Source: Podarcis filfolensis (lineage: Eukaryota). From it: a DNA stretch of 64,000 nucleotides. Location: assembly GCA_964270895.1 (NCBI GenBank), contig OZ185436.1. One strand, 5' to 3'. The notes under the pieces are model-generated. The model ran no database searches. It worked only from the letters and a program-made list of their open reading frames with translations, and had not been told where the DNA came from. Position numbers and translations under genes: made by a program. Within the stretch, counting starts at the first letter, position 1. Every line of letters starts with the position of its first letter. Of the stretch, positions 11,952 to 25,260 are shown piece after piece.

Positions 11952-12113
11952 GTAAAGCTGTCGGGAAGATTTCTGAAGCAGTAAATCCCACCCCAAAGAC
12001 TCAGCCTCTTGAGGCACTTGAGCCTGGAACTGCACACACAGTTCGACTAGTAACTAAGAATTGGGTTGATAATAATAGCATTTCTGCAGATGTAATAGAC
12101 GCCAGGGGGAGAG
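11952..12113 (+). CDS. CHL1: CHL1 exon (162 nt) encoding the CHL1-specific half FN3-5: SKAVGKISEAVNPTPKTQPLEALEPGTAHTVRLVTKNWVDNNSISADVIDARGR (frame-neutral, probable cassette)
   Basis: ttcgtag acceptor, G|gtgaga donor. Matches mammalian SKGIGKISG...EVFEPGAEHIVRLMTKNWGDNDSIFQDVIETRGR. Symmetric phase 1-1. Confidence 0.92.
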
Positions 12114-12843
12114 GTGAGAATTTTCTAAGGCCTCTAATATGGCCATTATTTTTGTAAAGCAAAGTTTAGCAATATAATTGCAAGTTGCTTCAGATAGAGA
12201 GCATTATATAAACACGTTTGGAGAATACAGACCCACTGCCAACAGTCTCATTGATATTCTACCATCGACATCAACAGAAGCAACGCTCACTTAACTCTCA
12301 ATTCTCAAGCCACTCTCTGTTGAGGAATTTCAGGCCGGGCCTGGGCCATAAAGGCTTCTGCTGATGGAACCAGAGATCAAGCAGTGAGTCAATTCCATTT
12401 GTGAGCTGCTTCCTTCTTCAGGAGGACCTTGAGTCATGAGGTCCATCCCAAGCAGGCAGCTGTATAAGGCCAGGCATACAGAAATATTGCCGAGACCATA
12501 GAGGAGGTGACATTTTAGTAGTCAATACCTCTTTGTCTTGTGGGTGGTTATTCTTATCACATCTTTGCTTTAGGCAGATAAAGTTTGTAAATGGTTTTAT
12601 CTGTGACTAGAGTCGTCCTACTCCACTGGTGGTGATGCAGCGAAGAGAAGAGCAATCCTATATTGAATTGGGGGGGGGAGAGATTTAAGCGGTGGATGAC
12701 CCACCATTGCCAAAGCCCTGCCACCTCACCTTCTGCTCCTGTGGAAAGGGCTTGCATCTTTTTGCATGCATTAAAAAAAACCCAAAATCCCTCACATTGA
12801 AACCAATAAGAGATCAGTTAATTATAGCTGTGTCAGACTGGTG

Positions 12844-12844
<1 letters not shown>

Positions 12845-12889
<45 letters not shown>
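12845..12889. repeat. (ATT)n microsatellite, probably tail of a minus-strand L2-type fragment
   Basis: About 15 units, followed by ataaatttgtataccc...cagggtggttcacaaca. Confidence 0.9.
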
Positions 12890-12892
<3 letters not shown>

Positions 12893-13869
12893 AATTTGTA
12901 TACCCATAGACCTCAGGGTGGTTCACAACACAAGGCACTCAGTTAAGGGGCTCAGTCAATTGGCATATATGCAAACCAAAGAGGGCTGGATCCAGCAGAT
13001 TCAAGGCCACCCACAGAATGCCCTGTTTTGCCCCCTAGCACTGATGGAACACTGAAGGTAGTACATCACAGCCTAGAGACTTTTCTGTAGCCACTCTTGG
13101 AAAGTCTCCCGTATGGGCAGCAAGCAGAGTTCTACCTCGCCAATGGAATCACTCTTCTGTCCAGTTCAAACGGCATTCAGTTAGCCTTATGCAGAGGTTA
13201 AGGGTAGTCTCCTTGCTTTTGTAGCTTTCCCTAAGCTTGATCTCCCATAAAACTTACTTGTACCAGTGTAGGTGAGTCCAGCACTGGCCAATTTCCATTT
13301 GTACTCCAGAGTGAGTGGCTTGAGAATTACAGTCTAGATTTAAAATGCCACTCCACACATTGCATTGCCAAGAAGGGTGAAAGTGAAATTATTTTTAAAA
13401 TGTTGAATGTGTATTATCTACAGACTTTAGCTGCTATGCCCAATCCCCAGCGGGTAGGTCTCTTACTCCTTGCATCTTAAATGCAGCTAGCTAAGCACTT
13501 GCATGTGTTCTGTATACTTTTTAACTCTGTCTCTATTCCAAAAACTGCTTTTGCATGACAGGCTTACCTAAGATCTGTATTGGCTTTCCTATTTGGCATG
13601 AATCTCTTTAATCAAAATCTTTGTTGGAATTCTCATTCCAGAGATCAGTTGCGTGTGCTGCAAACTATTTCTTTGCCTTTAATATAAATGTTGATCTTCA
13701 GTTCTGTCCCACTTGGAATGATGGAATCCGTTCCTCTATAGCAAAAAGTGTTTCATGCAGAATCAGTTTTAAAATGCAGCTTTTAAGTTATTGTAAATGA
13801 GAATATAATGATTTGGATATTCTTCTTTTCTGATGCACGTACTTTCCCCCCCATTTCTCTCATTTGAAG

Positions 13870-14001
13870 CATCCATTGGGATTTATGAAAGAATCTCTAC
13901 GCAAGGCTGGTTTATTGGACTGATGGGTGCCATTGCTCTTCTGACTTTATTGTTGCTCACAGTCTGCTTTGTTAAAAGGAACAAAGGAGGGAAATACTCA
14001 G
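13870..14001 (+). CDS. CHL1: CHL1 transmembrane exon (132 nt): [44 protein letters not shown]
   Basis: tttgaag acceptor, G|gtaaac donor. Hydrophobic helix, juxtamembrane Cys (TVCFVKR) and ERM-type KGGKYSV motif. Confidence 0.97.
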
Positions 14002-14263
14002 GTAAACCATGCTTGTGCTCTCCAAACTGAATACACCTCATCTAACTCATGCTCAAACCACTGTTAGACTGCCACAAGCTCCATGATCCCATCCAAGAAA
14101 TGATGCTCTGTGGGTCCATTCCAGCCATTGAGGGGCCTTGCAGAATTTCTGGAAGTGAGCCTTCCTCTCTGTTGTCCCATCCCCTTATCCCAAGGTAAGA
14201 CTTCCAAAGGGAAGATGGGAACTCCAATAGGGAGTCTGTGAGAGGAATCAATCACAGCTTGTA

Positions 14264-14612
14264 AGGTAAAGGTAAAGGTACCCCTGACCATTAGGTCCAG
14301 TTGTGGCTGACTCTGGAGTTGCGGCGCTCATCTCACTTTATTGGCTGAAGGTGCCGGCGTACAGCTTCCTGGTCATATGGCCAGCATGACTAAGCCGCTT
14401 CTGGCGAACCAGAGCAGCGCACGGAAAAGCCGTTTACCTTCCCTCCCGAGCGGTACCTACTTGCACTTTGACGTGCTTTCGAACTGCTAGGTGGGCCAGA
14501 GCAGGGACCAAGCAAAGGGAGCTCACCCCGTCGTGGGGATTCGAACCGCCAACCTTCTGATCGGCAAGCCCAAGAGGCTTGGTGGTTTAACCCACAGCAC
14601 CACCCGCATCCC
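14264..14612 (-). mobile_element. Full-length Sauria SINE with 14-bp TSD in the CHL1 intron after the TM exon
   Basis: tRNA head with GGTTCGAATCC B box and (ACCTTT)n tail. TSD AATCACAGCTTGTA at 14250-14263 and 14613-14626. Confidence 0.92.
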
Positions 14613-14798
14613 AATCACAGCTTGTAGTTGGTGCCAAATTTGAAAGGTGCTGCATTCAAGCCCAGTTTGCCAGGGAAGACTGCAGCTTCTTCCTCTGCAG
14701 TCATATCATTACCTGCTCACAATGTCACATATGAGCACATGTCACAAATGGAATTTGCAGAGAACAACTGAGAAAGTCTTATCTCTCTTTCTGTACAG

Positions 14799-14871
14799 TG
14801 AAAGAAAAAGAAGATTTGCATCCAGATCCCGAAGGCCAATCGATAAAAGATGAAATCTTTGGTGAATATAG
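14799..14871 (+). CDS. CHL1: CHL1 cytoplasmic exon (73 nt): VKEKEDLHPDPEGQSIKDEIFGEYS
   Basis: tctttctgtacag acceptor, AG|gttagt donor. Canonical 73-nt L1-family exon. Phase 1 to 2. Confidence 0.97.
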
Positions 14872-16486
14872 GTTAGTGTGTGCTTATAGCTCTTTGCATT
14901 GAACTATCGATTGGAATGTCTTTTAATAAAAACAACACAAGCAATCATTTTTCAGAGGAAATCTCGTGAGAGATTGGCATGAAATGCATCTAGAATACTG
15001 AAGTTCACACACATTTTGATGAAGGAAAATGGCTGGTGGAATGGTTCTTCCATGTGAATTGTTTCTTGTCTAGATCTCTAGATATATTAAAGGTGGTTTT
15101 ATTTCCAGATTGGGCACTTACTGTTAGTGATAAAGGAAAAAATAGATATATTTGCCAAGATCCAGGTTTGAGGGAAGTACCCTTTGGTAAGAGAACCCCG
15201 GCAGAGATTTAAAGTCATAAAACATGTAGCAAGGTAAAGCATAGAAATATAGGCTGTTAGACCTTTAAAATATGTCCTTGTGAGTTCCAAAACTTTCTTC
15301 TTCCCTTAGCATAGAAAAGACCACACTTTTGGTAAGTTAAAAATGGTTTACTTACAAAGTCTCCAAAGGTCAGGTCCACGCGTTTTTTCCATACATCAGT
15401 TAGAAAACACAGGCAGTCAAACTTGGCTTAGTTACAGTGGTGAAAGTTCCTAAATTATTGGTTTAAGAACACAAGAGTGGCTTGTAAAAGCCATGCAGTC
15501 TGAACTTGGGGCAACCAGCTCAGACCTCTTCATACACTGAGCTTCTTGGGTATCTGAATGGTTACAATAGGATTGATTACCCTCCTCCCAAGCTGAGGGG
15601 GATTGACCTAGTTACGCCTGGCAGGACAGCTTACTCTATGACATTAACCCCTTCATGCATTGATTAGACTTAAGCATGTTGATTATGAAAGGCTGGTTAT
15701 CCCACATTTATCTAGTAGGCAGGTCTTGTTGCTATTATATAATGCATAGAATTCTATAAAACTGCTTAGTTGTTATCTATAAGCTGGAGAAACTCACCAG
15801 ATTTCCACATGTGCACATGGACAATCCCTTCCATAACAGAAACAAATGAATGGGGTCTCTGTTTGAAATTTGCCACACTGTTGTGAGCAATGCAAGTTAT
15901 TATATGTATTAAAATCTATGTCAACCATATGTAATGACTGTTTCCTGATCAAGCAAACCAGCTGTTCCTAATGGTGAATTTGAAAGGTTTCTGACTAAAT
16001 CTAAATGCTCCACCTAAGGTACAAAACCACATAATGTACCATTTACAAGTTCTGCATAATTCCTTGTATATTTAATTTTTAATGCTTTCTTAATGGGACA
16101 GATAATTAGAAAGGTAAGCAAGTCATGCAGGTGGTATCTTTCAGTCCCCAGGTAAAGTATCAGGTTCACCTCCATGCCTTGATTATCCCTCCAACATTGG
16201 TATCTTCTTCCCTTTCCTTGGTTTCTGCTCAAAGGTAGATGTGTCAGACTTACCTTCCCATTTATTCCTTCTTCCCTTCTCTTCCTACTTTTTGAGTACA
16301 AATTACTCCTCTGATTGAACAATATTCGCACCAATTTGGGTGATCTAAGAATCTTTATTACCTTCTTGTAACTTATAAGTAAATAATGTTATATAGACAA
16401 GAGTGTAGTGAAAGGATATCAGTAACCCAGGAACTTGTGTCAAGGAAAAATAAAACCAAGCGTGTGAAAGATTCAATCGTATAGAT

Positions 16487-16618
16487 CAGGAATGGGAAAT
16501 CTGTGATCCTCCAGATGTTGCTAGACTCCAGCTTCCATGAGCACTAGCTAGCATGGCCAAAAGTCAGGGGTGATGGGAGTTGTAATCCGACAACATCTGG
16601 AAGGCCACCAGTTCCCTG
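16487..16618. mobile_element. Degenerate copy of the palindromic hAT MITE family
   Basis: cctccagatgtt...gatgggagttgtaatccgacaacatctggaagg is homologous to 11197-11332. TSD unclear. Confidence 0.7.
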
Positions 16619-16715
16619 ATCGATTGTTTTCCTCAAGAAGCTTCCATGGTTCACAGAGTTATTAAAATAAGGAAATTTATAATGTAACTAGATTATGCTG
16701 GAAACTATCTATCTA

Positions 16716-16953
16716 CCGTATTTTTCACTCTATAAGACGCACCCGACCATAAGACACACCTATTTTTTAGAGAAGGAAAACACGAAACAAGAAAGCAACA
16801 CAAAGCCTCCTGAGCGAAGAGGCAGGAGCGCTCCGGCTGCGCTCAAGAGGCTTCAGCGATAGCTGCACAGCCTGCATTCGCTCCATGACGCATACATATT
16901 TCCCTTTACTTTTTAGGAGGGGAAAAGTGCGTCTTATAGAGCGAAAAATACGG
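16716..16953. mobile_element. Tc1/mariner-superfamily (Tc2/pogo-like) MITE, 238 bp
   Basis: 27-bp TIRs CCGTATTTTTC(A/G)CTCTATAAGACGCAC match 26/27. Flanked by TA (left) and CA (right, decayed TA). Confidence 0.85.
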
Positions 16954-17663
16954 CAATTTCCTTTTTTACTTGGATGAACCAGCAGCTTCCAAAACTAAGC
17001 TATAATTAGAATTGTGCCAAAATCTGTCCTCTGGTTTTTTGTTTTTTGATTTCTTTCCCTGTAAGGGAGACTTATTTGTTTTTCTTCCACTTAGTCAGGA
17101 CACTTTAGAATTTCTTTGCATTTCTGTATCATGGTGTGGTGGTTGAGGGTGGAGTCTTTGTTTTCCATCCCAGAAAACATTTCCTTGGCATTCTGCTGCC
17201 ACCCCAGCTGCTCATACTTCCTGATGTGAAAAAGCCACATGGGCAGAGCACTTGGCTATCGAGTGCCTAAGTTTGCTGTGCTGGCTGATTTTGTTTTTTC
17301 AAGTTCTTCTCTTTCTTTCCCTTTTTCAAAAACACTCTCTGCCCTGATTTCTTTAAAAGTAAAAAGACTTCAAGGTTAAAGAACAATCATGGACACTACC
17401 TCCCCTCCTTCCAGTTAAAGACATCATGGGATTTTTCAGGAAGTGCAAGCAGTTAGGAAAGTCGCAGGATGCAGAACACCGGAGACATGATTTGCAGAAA
17501 GAAAAAAATGACGCTCAGAAAACCCCTTGGCCATCTCAGAATAGGCAAACTAAAATTGACAGTGTTCTTGCTCCAAATAGTTTTCCCAATTGCTCTTTTC
17601 CCTTGATGTGGCTATGTGGAAAATGCCTGTTTGTGCTTCTCATCCATGCTTCTCCTTTTATAG

Positions 17664-17880
17664 TGACAGCGATGAAAAGCCACTCAAAGGGAGCCTGCGG
17701 TCTCTTAACATGGACATCAAAACTGCAGAAAGCGCTGACAGTTTGGTGGATTATGGAGACGGGGACCACAGAATGTTCAACGAAGATGGCTCTTTTATTG
17801 GAGCTTACACGGGCTGCAAGGAAAAAGCATCGGTTGAAAGCATTGGCAGTTCTACAGCAACCTTCCCTCTCCATGCATAA
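17664..17880 (+). CDS. CHL1: CHL1 last coding segment (217 nt): DSDEKPLKGSLRSLN...EDGSFIGAYTGCKEKASVESIGSSTATFPLHA-stop
   Basis: ctccttttatag acceptor. The FIGAY ankyrin-binding variant and STATFPL terminus diagnose CHL1 (L1CAM, NRCAM and NFASC have FIGQY). No RSLE-type microexon seen. Confidence 0.97.
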
Positions 17881-19411
17881 GATGTTAGCATGAATAATTC
17901 ATTTCAGATCACCATATTTATCGTTTACTAGCCATCAAATATCATACAGGTCAGACGTAGGCTGCAGGAAAGTTCAAGACCTTGACATCCGGCCTATGTA
18001 GAAATAGGCGGTTGACTTCGAAAGCTGGTTTTTGAGACTCTTCTTCCTCAAGGCACGGTGGTTTTCAGTTAGTTAAAATGTGACTCAGACCTACAGTTTG
18101 GTAAGATATATGCCACTCAGTCTGACCAAAACCATGGCTACTTCAGTGTTATATATGTATATAGGGATCTGGTGCCCTCCATGTTTCTTACGACCCAGTC
18201 CTTTAGATACGTGTGGCTGCAACGGCACTCAAACAGCTTACACTAAAATGTTTACTATGGCGTCTTTGGTTTCAATGGTGGGTCACAGGAGTCCTCCTGC
18301 ACTGCGTCTCAGATGCAATCGCATTTTAAAAAGTGACTACCAATTACTGGATGCTTAGGATTCTGCTGGCATGACACACCCTGGGTTGGCCAATGTCAGA
18401 TAGGATGCTGTCTGACCAAATCATTGCCAGCCCTGCCTCTGCTAAACCCACCTGGTGCTCAGTTCTCTGCTGCACGGCAACACTATGCCAGTGTGTTGCA
18501 TCTGCCAATGGTGTGCTAACACTGACCCATGGTAGCAGTGTGGCATCTTGTATCCAGAACGATCCCAGTGCAATGTAATCTACTACTCACCCACTCAATT
18601 CCAAATGTTTGTTGGCACACTATAGCTAAAAGGATTGGACCTTCCTTTGTTTCTCATTGCCTTTGTATAAACATTTCAAAGCCCATTTTCTAATACTATC
18701 ATAACCCCGGTACTTACAGGGATCAGACTCCGGGCAGAGAAATCAACAGTTACTTATAGTAAAGTCCTACATAGTAAAGAGAGAGAGAGAATTCTAAATA
18801 AATGCATTCCAAATGCCACATTATTTAATGCCCTAAAGGCAACTTCCCCAATGATTATGGAATTCATATTCCGTGTTGATAGCAGGGGCTTCGAAATGCA
18901 GCATGATCTACCTTCTGCCAAACTTCCTGAAACAGTGGATTAAAAGTTTTTCTCCTCTTTTTGACCACTAGCTGGTGCTCTTTCTTTAGGAAATCAGCTG
19001 CAACAGCTTTCTTCTCGCTGGGGAAAGCACAGGTCTGATTCAGAGCAATTGAGTCAGTTTTGGGGGGGGGGGGTAATAGGTTCTCCGACTGCTTAGCACC
19101 CCTTTTAAGCAAAGTGCTGCCTTTTGAAGCAAACTGGGTTTATCAGTACCCTAGCTGTATATTTGTACACCCACACACCTTTTTGTACATATTCTGTTTA
19201 TATTGTTGGAATGGGGGCAAGACACATTTTTTTTGTTGCTGCTGTTGTTCTGGGGGGTTTTTTTGCAGCAAAACACAATGGTTTCTGGGACCATGGAGCT
19301 GAGGATCAACTGGGTTTCTCTTGTCAAGTCCAGTTTTATATGAATGAGGTACATTTTCCATACAAAACATGTTGAGAAGCATTTCTGCTGTATTCAATTT
19401 CCCTCCTCCTG

Positions 19412-19413
<2 letters not shown>

Positions 19414-19450
<37 letters not shown>
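19414..19450. repeat. (AC)n microsatellite in the CHL1 3' UTR
   Basis: About 18 uninterrupted AC units. Confidence 0.95.
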
Positions 19451-19454
<4 letters not shown>

Positions 19455-21696
19455 CCCAATGAATATTTTAAAATTCATTGCAGGCACAGCTTATGTGCTA
19501 CTGAATCAAAGGAAATGTCATTACTGAAAAAAGTCTTTTATATATATTATTATTATTATTTAGTCCCAGCAGAGTTGTCTATTTGAGCTTGTAGAACAAC
19601 TGTTACCCAGTACTAGAATTATTCCAGTGAGTTTTATGCACACGTGGTCAGGTTAATGACAATGATATTGGAGGCTGCTGCATGAAAAATTATCCCAGGG
19701 TGAGATATCTCAGCATTTTGTGTGAACATATAGTCAGTTTGTTATTCAACCTTTCCCCATATTATTTGGTAAGCATTTACATATACATACTGATAAATCT
19801 GGTGCATGCATTTTAAAAAATAAATTCTGAGCATGTACAAATATTATGCTACTATTGTTCTCTTTTGAGGTGATTATGGAATTTAACAAATAGTGATGGA
19901 GAACTAGCTCCACTTACTCCAGGGCGAACTCAGAATCTTCATAGGGCTTCAGTTTAGTGCAAAGGGCATCCCAGTTGGCAACACTTCAGTCAGTTACTTT
20001 GGGGGGATTATTAGAGCATTTGGTGCCAAGATGACTGAGATAATTTAGGCTCTTATAACAGTTCACACAGGTAGTTCTTTCGGCCTGTTCCACAGGTGAC
20101 AGAGGAGATTGCGTCACCAAGATTGGCTGTGTGTTATCGTTTATCAACTTAAAATCTGGCAGAGAGTGAGGAAGCCTGTGTCATTCCTTCAGTGGTATTT
20201 TGGAAAGTGGTAAAATCTGAACTAGATACACCGATGCAGCAATGCCTTCCTTGGGCAAATGCCACAGAGGAAAAACCTGAGCCAAAGTCTCATGTGCCTT
20301 CTTTAGAGGGACTGAGGAGCTGGGTGGATGCAAAGCATTCAATGCCCATCAGGGCCCACCATATGATGTGGAAATTTGCTAGTCCCCAAGGACTCAAAAC
20401 GCGAGGCTGACCTCCCAATATTGGTTCAAAAATCTGCTGGGGGGACGGGACACAAAACCCTGTTAAGGCATTCAGTTACCTGGGAGCACCTTGTTGACCA
20501 TCACATAACAGCAGTATGTATCAGACTTTTTACAAATGCTTTATGATGCTACGGCAATATCCCTTCTGTTTCCCATTTATCATATGAGTGCTTTTATCTA
20601 TTCCAATTTTTCCTTCAGAAGGTGTAAACCTTAATGTCACATCTCAAAGCTAGAAGAAAACATAAAATGCCAAAAGAGAGTGCACAATGAAAATGTTTTT
20701 AAAAATTGCATTGAATTGTTAAATATGTGTTAGCTGAATATTAATGAATAGTGTGAGATTTTGGTTTTTTTAAAAAAAAGTCTGCCTATTAATATCTTTC
20801 CATTGACACGCTCTAAAGACTTCTTTAAAAACAACATGAAACTCCTGAACATTCCTGGACATTTTCTTGAGCAAGAGAGGGGAGGGAGTTGTGAAAAAGA
20901 AATATTAATGTTTTCCAGTATGAGCTTAATAGCTGAAGCCAGAATACATGCTGTGATTTTAGCAGGGATGTTGTTTCCCCCCACAATAAGTGTAAATTTG
21001 AGATGACAGCAGAGTTGATTTATCTTCTTAAAAGCAGAGGTTATGTTGAACCTCTTTCTGCATTCAGAAATATAAAATTCCAGTAATATTTGCCACTTGA
21101 TATGCAGAGCTGATAAATTGACATTGCATACTTAGATTTTCAGAAAGCTTATGTGAAAGGGATGGGCCATACTTGGAAACTTCTTTTCTTCATGTGATTC
21201 CTGCCCCAAGTCTACAGATTTGGAACTGTCAGGGTAAACCAGATTGTATTCTGCACAGCCTGAAACAGCTAGCCACTGGAAAAAACATAGTGAGAGCTGG
21301 TATATAAGCTACAATTGGTCCCAATATCTTACTACGACCACCACCAATCACTATATGACACATTTGGAAAATATAGTTGCCATGCAAAATTAAAATTATA
21401 TCTAAAAAGCATCTCATGGTGATTTACAATGTAAAATTGGGCTAAGATTACAAAACAATATGGCTTTAAGGGTTTCAAATTGTACAAACAATGCAACATA
21501 GTAGATAACACATCATAAGCCACTACTTACTGGAAAGGGAGAAATAACTAATTCTTCTTTGTTTCATTATATTTATAAAGATTGTACGGAAAGCGTTTCA
21601 ATAATAGAGTAGTTCTAGCAATATCCATGAGATTATAGAGCAGCTGCTTTGAGGATTTTGATTTGTTTCGGAGCTCTTTTCCATAGGATGTGGACC

Positions 21697-21818
21697 CATG
21701 CCATGTTTATAGAAAAAGAAGTGCCAGAACTCTTGTTCCCTTATAATAGCAATGGCGCCCACTTGAGAGGTGCCAGAACTGAGTTCTGCTGAGTTCCAGC
21801 TGAAAAAAACCAGTCCTG
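21697..21818. mobile_element. Short MITE-like insertion in the 3' UTR
   Basis: Internal gtgccagaact repeated twice, ends gaaaaaaaccagtcctg, flanked by direct repeat tgtggacccatg (21689-21700, 21820-21831). Exact ends ambiguous. Confidence 0.5.
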
Positions 21819-22762
21819 TTGTGGACCCATGGTTGTGCAGAAATGGTCCAATTGCAACCTTCCTAAAATTTCCATTGACTTGGCAACAGAGCAGGCCCTC
21901 TCAGACTAGGATTTGTTTCAGTTGGAATATTAAGTCTTTCACCTCTGAACGCGCAATCATGTGCAGACTCCTGTGGAGGTAAACTGTCTTAAACCAAACC
22001 CTGTTTAGGTATCTGCCTCCCCACATTAAATTAGAATCATATTAAAAAGAAAGCCCTGTCTCCTCTTATCATGTTGTTGGTAAAATTTCTCCAGTGAGTA
22101 GCCTGTTCTGCATGATGGAGGCTGCATAATATATTGGATGCAAACTCCTGGGTAGAAACTCAGGGAGTGCAGGATGAGTGCAGGTTAGTTAAAAGTGTAA
22201 CATTGGAGGTTTATTTGCAAATCATCCCTATGCACAAATGGGAGACAGGGTGGCTGCAGATCAGGGTTCTGAATTGTTTAGACCAACTGCAAGTACAGAA
22301 CAGGCTGCACACAGCAGAATTTGCTCCTCCAACACATGGAGGGTGATGGAGCCAAGCAAGGGCATGGCAACCATGGAACTTTTTTCAGAGTAAACACAGA
22401 ATTACACTATAAATCTGCCATTCAGAGTCTTAAATGTTTACATGTCAGTCCCATTCCTATTCACCTCAAGTCTCCAAATTTGGGATCATCTGTAATTTTT
22501 CAGCTTTTGCACAGAATTGGTCAGAGCCAAAGCATAGAATTTGTTTTTATATATACATATATACACATTTCTTCATGGGGGGAAAAAAAGATGGGGACAT
22601 GAATACCAGGCGCATACTGTTACTTTTTGAAATCAATGTTAGTGGAGGTTTATTAAGGCTTAGAAAAGTGTGTTTGTATTGTAGTTGCTGTTTGTATCAT
22701 GCCGATGTATATGTATGGTTTAAAAAAAAATATTTTCATTCTACATGAATTTCAACTTTGCT

Positions 22763-22768
22763 AATAAA
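22763..22768 (+). promoter_or_regulatory. Probable distal polyadenylation signal of CHL1 (AATAAA)
   Basis: AATAAA preceded by ~100 nt of U/GU-rich sequence with TGTA motifs and followed by tttgacttgatgt. Confidence 0.6.
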
Positions 22769-24169
22769 AGTTTGACTTGATGTAATCTTCAAAAGCCTGA
22801 CATGAGGTATCCTCTTATCCTATGAAATATGAGAGTAGCAGGAGTTTTTGATGGCGCTCATCACTCCCAGAGCAGAGTTCCATAGGCTGGCAATTCCATC
22901 TATGAAATATGTGACCAGATATTGCTGTGTGTGTATTTTACAGTTGAACACTATGCCTGGAATTTTCTTCCAAAAAGATCTACCAATAAGCCCATCTTCG
23001 ATCTTGTGCCATTGGGACCCCTATTCTCATCACAGAACTATGCTCTCCATTGTGGTTTAACAGACAATCCCACTTTGCAGGGAACTCTAGTTAGTGTAGC
23101 TCTAGGAATAGTCGTCTTACAAGTCTCAACCTGCTTAACAAACTACAGTGCCCAGGATTCTGCTGTTAAAATTGTAACATAGTGCTCACAATGGATGCAG
23201 ATGTGGTGTTAGAAAGAAGCCACTGTTCATGGCAATGCTTCCTCATAAAACTGGGAGTTTTGACGCTCTGAAAATATTTGCGAGATATCCCCAATTCCCT
23301 CCAAATTCACCAATTATGAAAGAGGCAGGGAAATGTTACAGGGGATTTCATAAGACTCCAAAAGGGAGATTATGTCTCCAAAGCAAAGAAACTAAAAAGC
23401 AAATGACAGATACTGTGCCAGGGGGAAAATAAATATAAATGTGTAAAATCTGACCAGCAGGCTGTTGTGAACTGCAAACTGAGCCATAATACTTATTGGA
23501 CTGATGGGAAATGGGAAGATGATGCCATTCAATTTGCAACCAATGCTTAGCACCTTCACCTCGGTCCCCAATTCACTTGCAGCATTCTTTTCACTTGTGT
23601 TATCAAACAATTCCTCTGTGCCACCCACCCATCTCTCTGCGACTGTGCATTTAATGTTTTCGACCTTTTTACCTTCATGAACTAAGCACTCGCCGAGGCC
23701 AAACCATCAGTGCAAATACAAATGCACCTTGGAAAGGTATTAACCTTTCAGGGAGGTCTCAAGGGCATTTGAAATTTTGCCATTACTATTCATATTCCAC
23801 ATATAATGAGACTGATACTTTTCTCAGTATCATAATGGGGAGAGGAAAAAACTCACAATCATGTGCTCCACTGGGCTGAGAATAAAGATGCTACTTCCAC
23901 CTTCAGATACTGAAAGCACAGAAGTTCAGATTCACTGCAATATCATATGCTCCATGACTGACTGAAACCAGGAGATGAGGAGAAACGGCGGCAGAGACGC
24001 AAAGTTAGGAGTGCAATATGGAATCATAATATCCAGCCTGAGGGACTCAAAATGAGTCAAGGTGCCATCTTGTTTACTTTTCCAGCAAGGGGATTCCAGC
24101 TGACCCCTGTCTAAAACACGGTAGTAAATTACAGTGAGGGGTTGGCACTGCTCTAACAGAGAGGTACAA

Positions 24170-25260
24170 AAGAACAGAAGAATAGCCTACTAGATCAGAC
24201 AAAGGCTCATCTTGTCCAGCATCCTGTTCTCATAGTGGCCAACCAGATGTCTGTGGGGAACCAGGGAGTAGAACATGGGCTCAAGAGCCCTCTCCCCTCC
24301 TGTGGTTTCCAGCAATTGGTATTCAGAAGCATAGCTGCCTCCCGATTCTGGAGGCCAAGCACAGCCGTCATGGCTTGTAGCCATTGATAGCTCTCTCTCC
24401 CCATGACTTGGTCTAATCCTCTTTTAAAGCCACCCAAGATGGTGGCCATCATTGCCTCCTGGGGGAACGGGTTCCATAGTTTTACTCTGCACTGTGCATC
24501 ATTGGATGTCCACAAGTCCTGGTGTTATGAGTATTTCTCTATCCACTTTCTTTGTAAATGTCTATCATGCTGTCTCTGGTTCACCTTTTCTCTAAACTAA
24601 AATGTCCCAAACACTGCAGCCTTTCTCCCTAGAGGAGTCGCTCCATACCCCTGATCATTTTGGTGACCCTTTTCTGAAACTTTTCCAACTCTCCTTTTGA
24701 AGTGAGTTGACCAGAACTGTAAACAGTACTCTAAATGTGTTTGCACCATAGATTTGTATGATGGCATTATGACATTGACTGGTTTATTTTCAATTCCTTT
24801 CCTAATCATTCCTAGCGTGAAATTTGCCTTTTTCATGGCTGCCACACACTGGGTCAACATCTTCAGCAAGCAATCTGCTATGACCCCAAGGTCTTGCTCC
24901 TGTTCTGTCACCTACAGTACATATCCAATGAGCATATATGTGAAATTCAGATTTTTTTGCTCAAACATGCCTCTACAAATTGCATTTGTCATTTTACTAC
25001 TCATTTGCTCAGTTTGGAGAGGTCCTTTTGGTGCTTTTTGAAATCACGTCTTTGTTTTAACAACCCTTAACAATTTAGTATCATCAACAAGCTTGGCCAC
25101 TGCCCTGCTCACACCTGACTCTGGAACAAGTTATGAACAAGTTTAAAAGCACAGGTCCCAATACCAATCCTTAGGGGACTCCACATTTGGAAAACTGTGC
25201 ATTTATTTCTGTTCTTTGCTTCCTTCAACTTAACCAATTCCTGATCCACAAGATCCTCTT
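24170..25260 (-). mobile_element. Decayed CR1 LINE 3' portion (RT C-terminus plus 3' UTR)
   Basis: ORF 24597-24911 reads DLGVIADCLLKMLTQCVAAMKKANFTLGMIRKGI...HLEYCLQFWS (CR1 RT). 3' UTR type also seen at ~28230-28400 (-) and ~39050-39180 (+). Confidence 0.85.

Larger units (their letters stand above)
17881..22790 (+). other. CHL1: CHL1 3' UTR (inferred, ~4.9 kb)
   Basis: Follows the stop codon. Mostly repeat-poor and U-rich until AATAAA at 22763, after which TE density rises sharply. End is inferred only. Confidence 0.6.

Noticed and set aside
13642-13652. ttctcattccag|AGATCAGTTGC|gtgtgc possible microexon before the TM exon
   Set aside because: The 11-nt version shifts frame, and the 6-nt in-frame version needs a very poor donor (GTTGCG).
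15255-15645. Possible minus-strand solo LTR (tgttag...atgaca)
   Set aside because: Flanks do not form a TSD, so boundaries are unsupported.
18567-21311. miRNA seed matches in the 3' UTR (GTGCAAT at 18568; ATAAGCTA at 21304)
   Set aside because: Expected by chance in 5 kb given many miRNA families. Needs conservation data.
23392-23705. ~100-codon minus-strand open frame downstream of CHL1
   Set aside because: No ATG or splice support and no recognisable homology.
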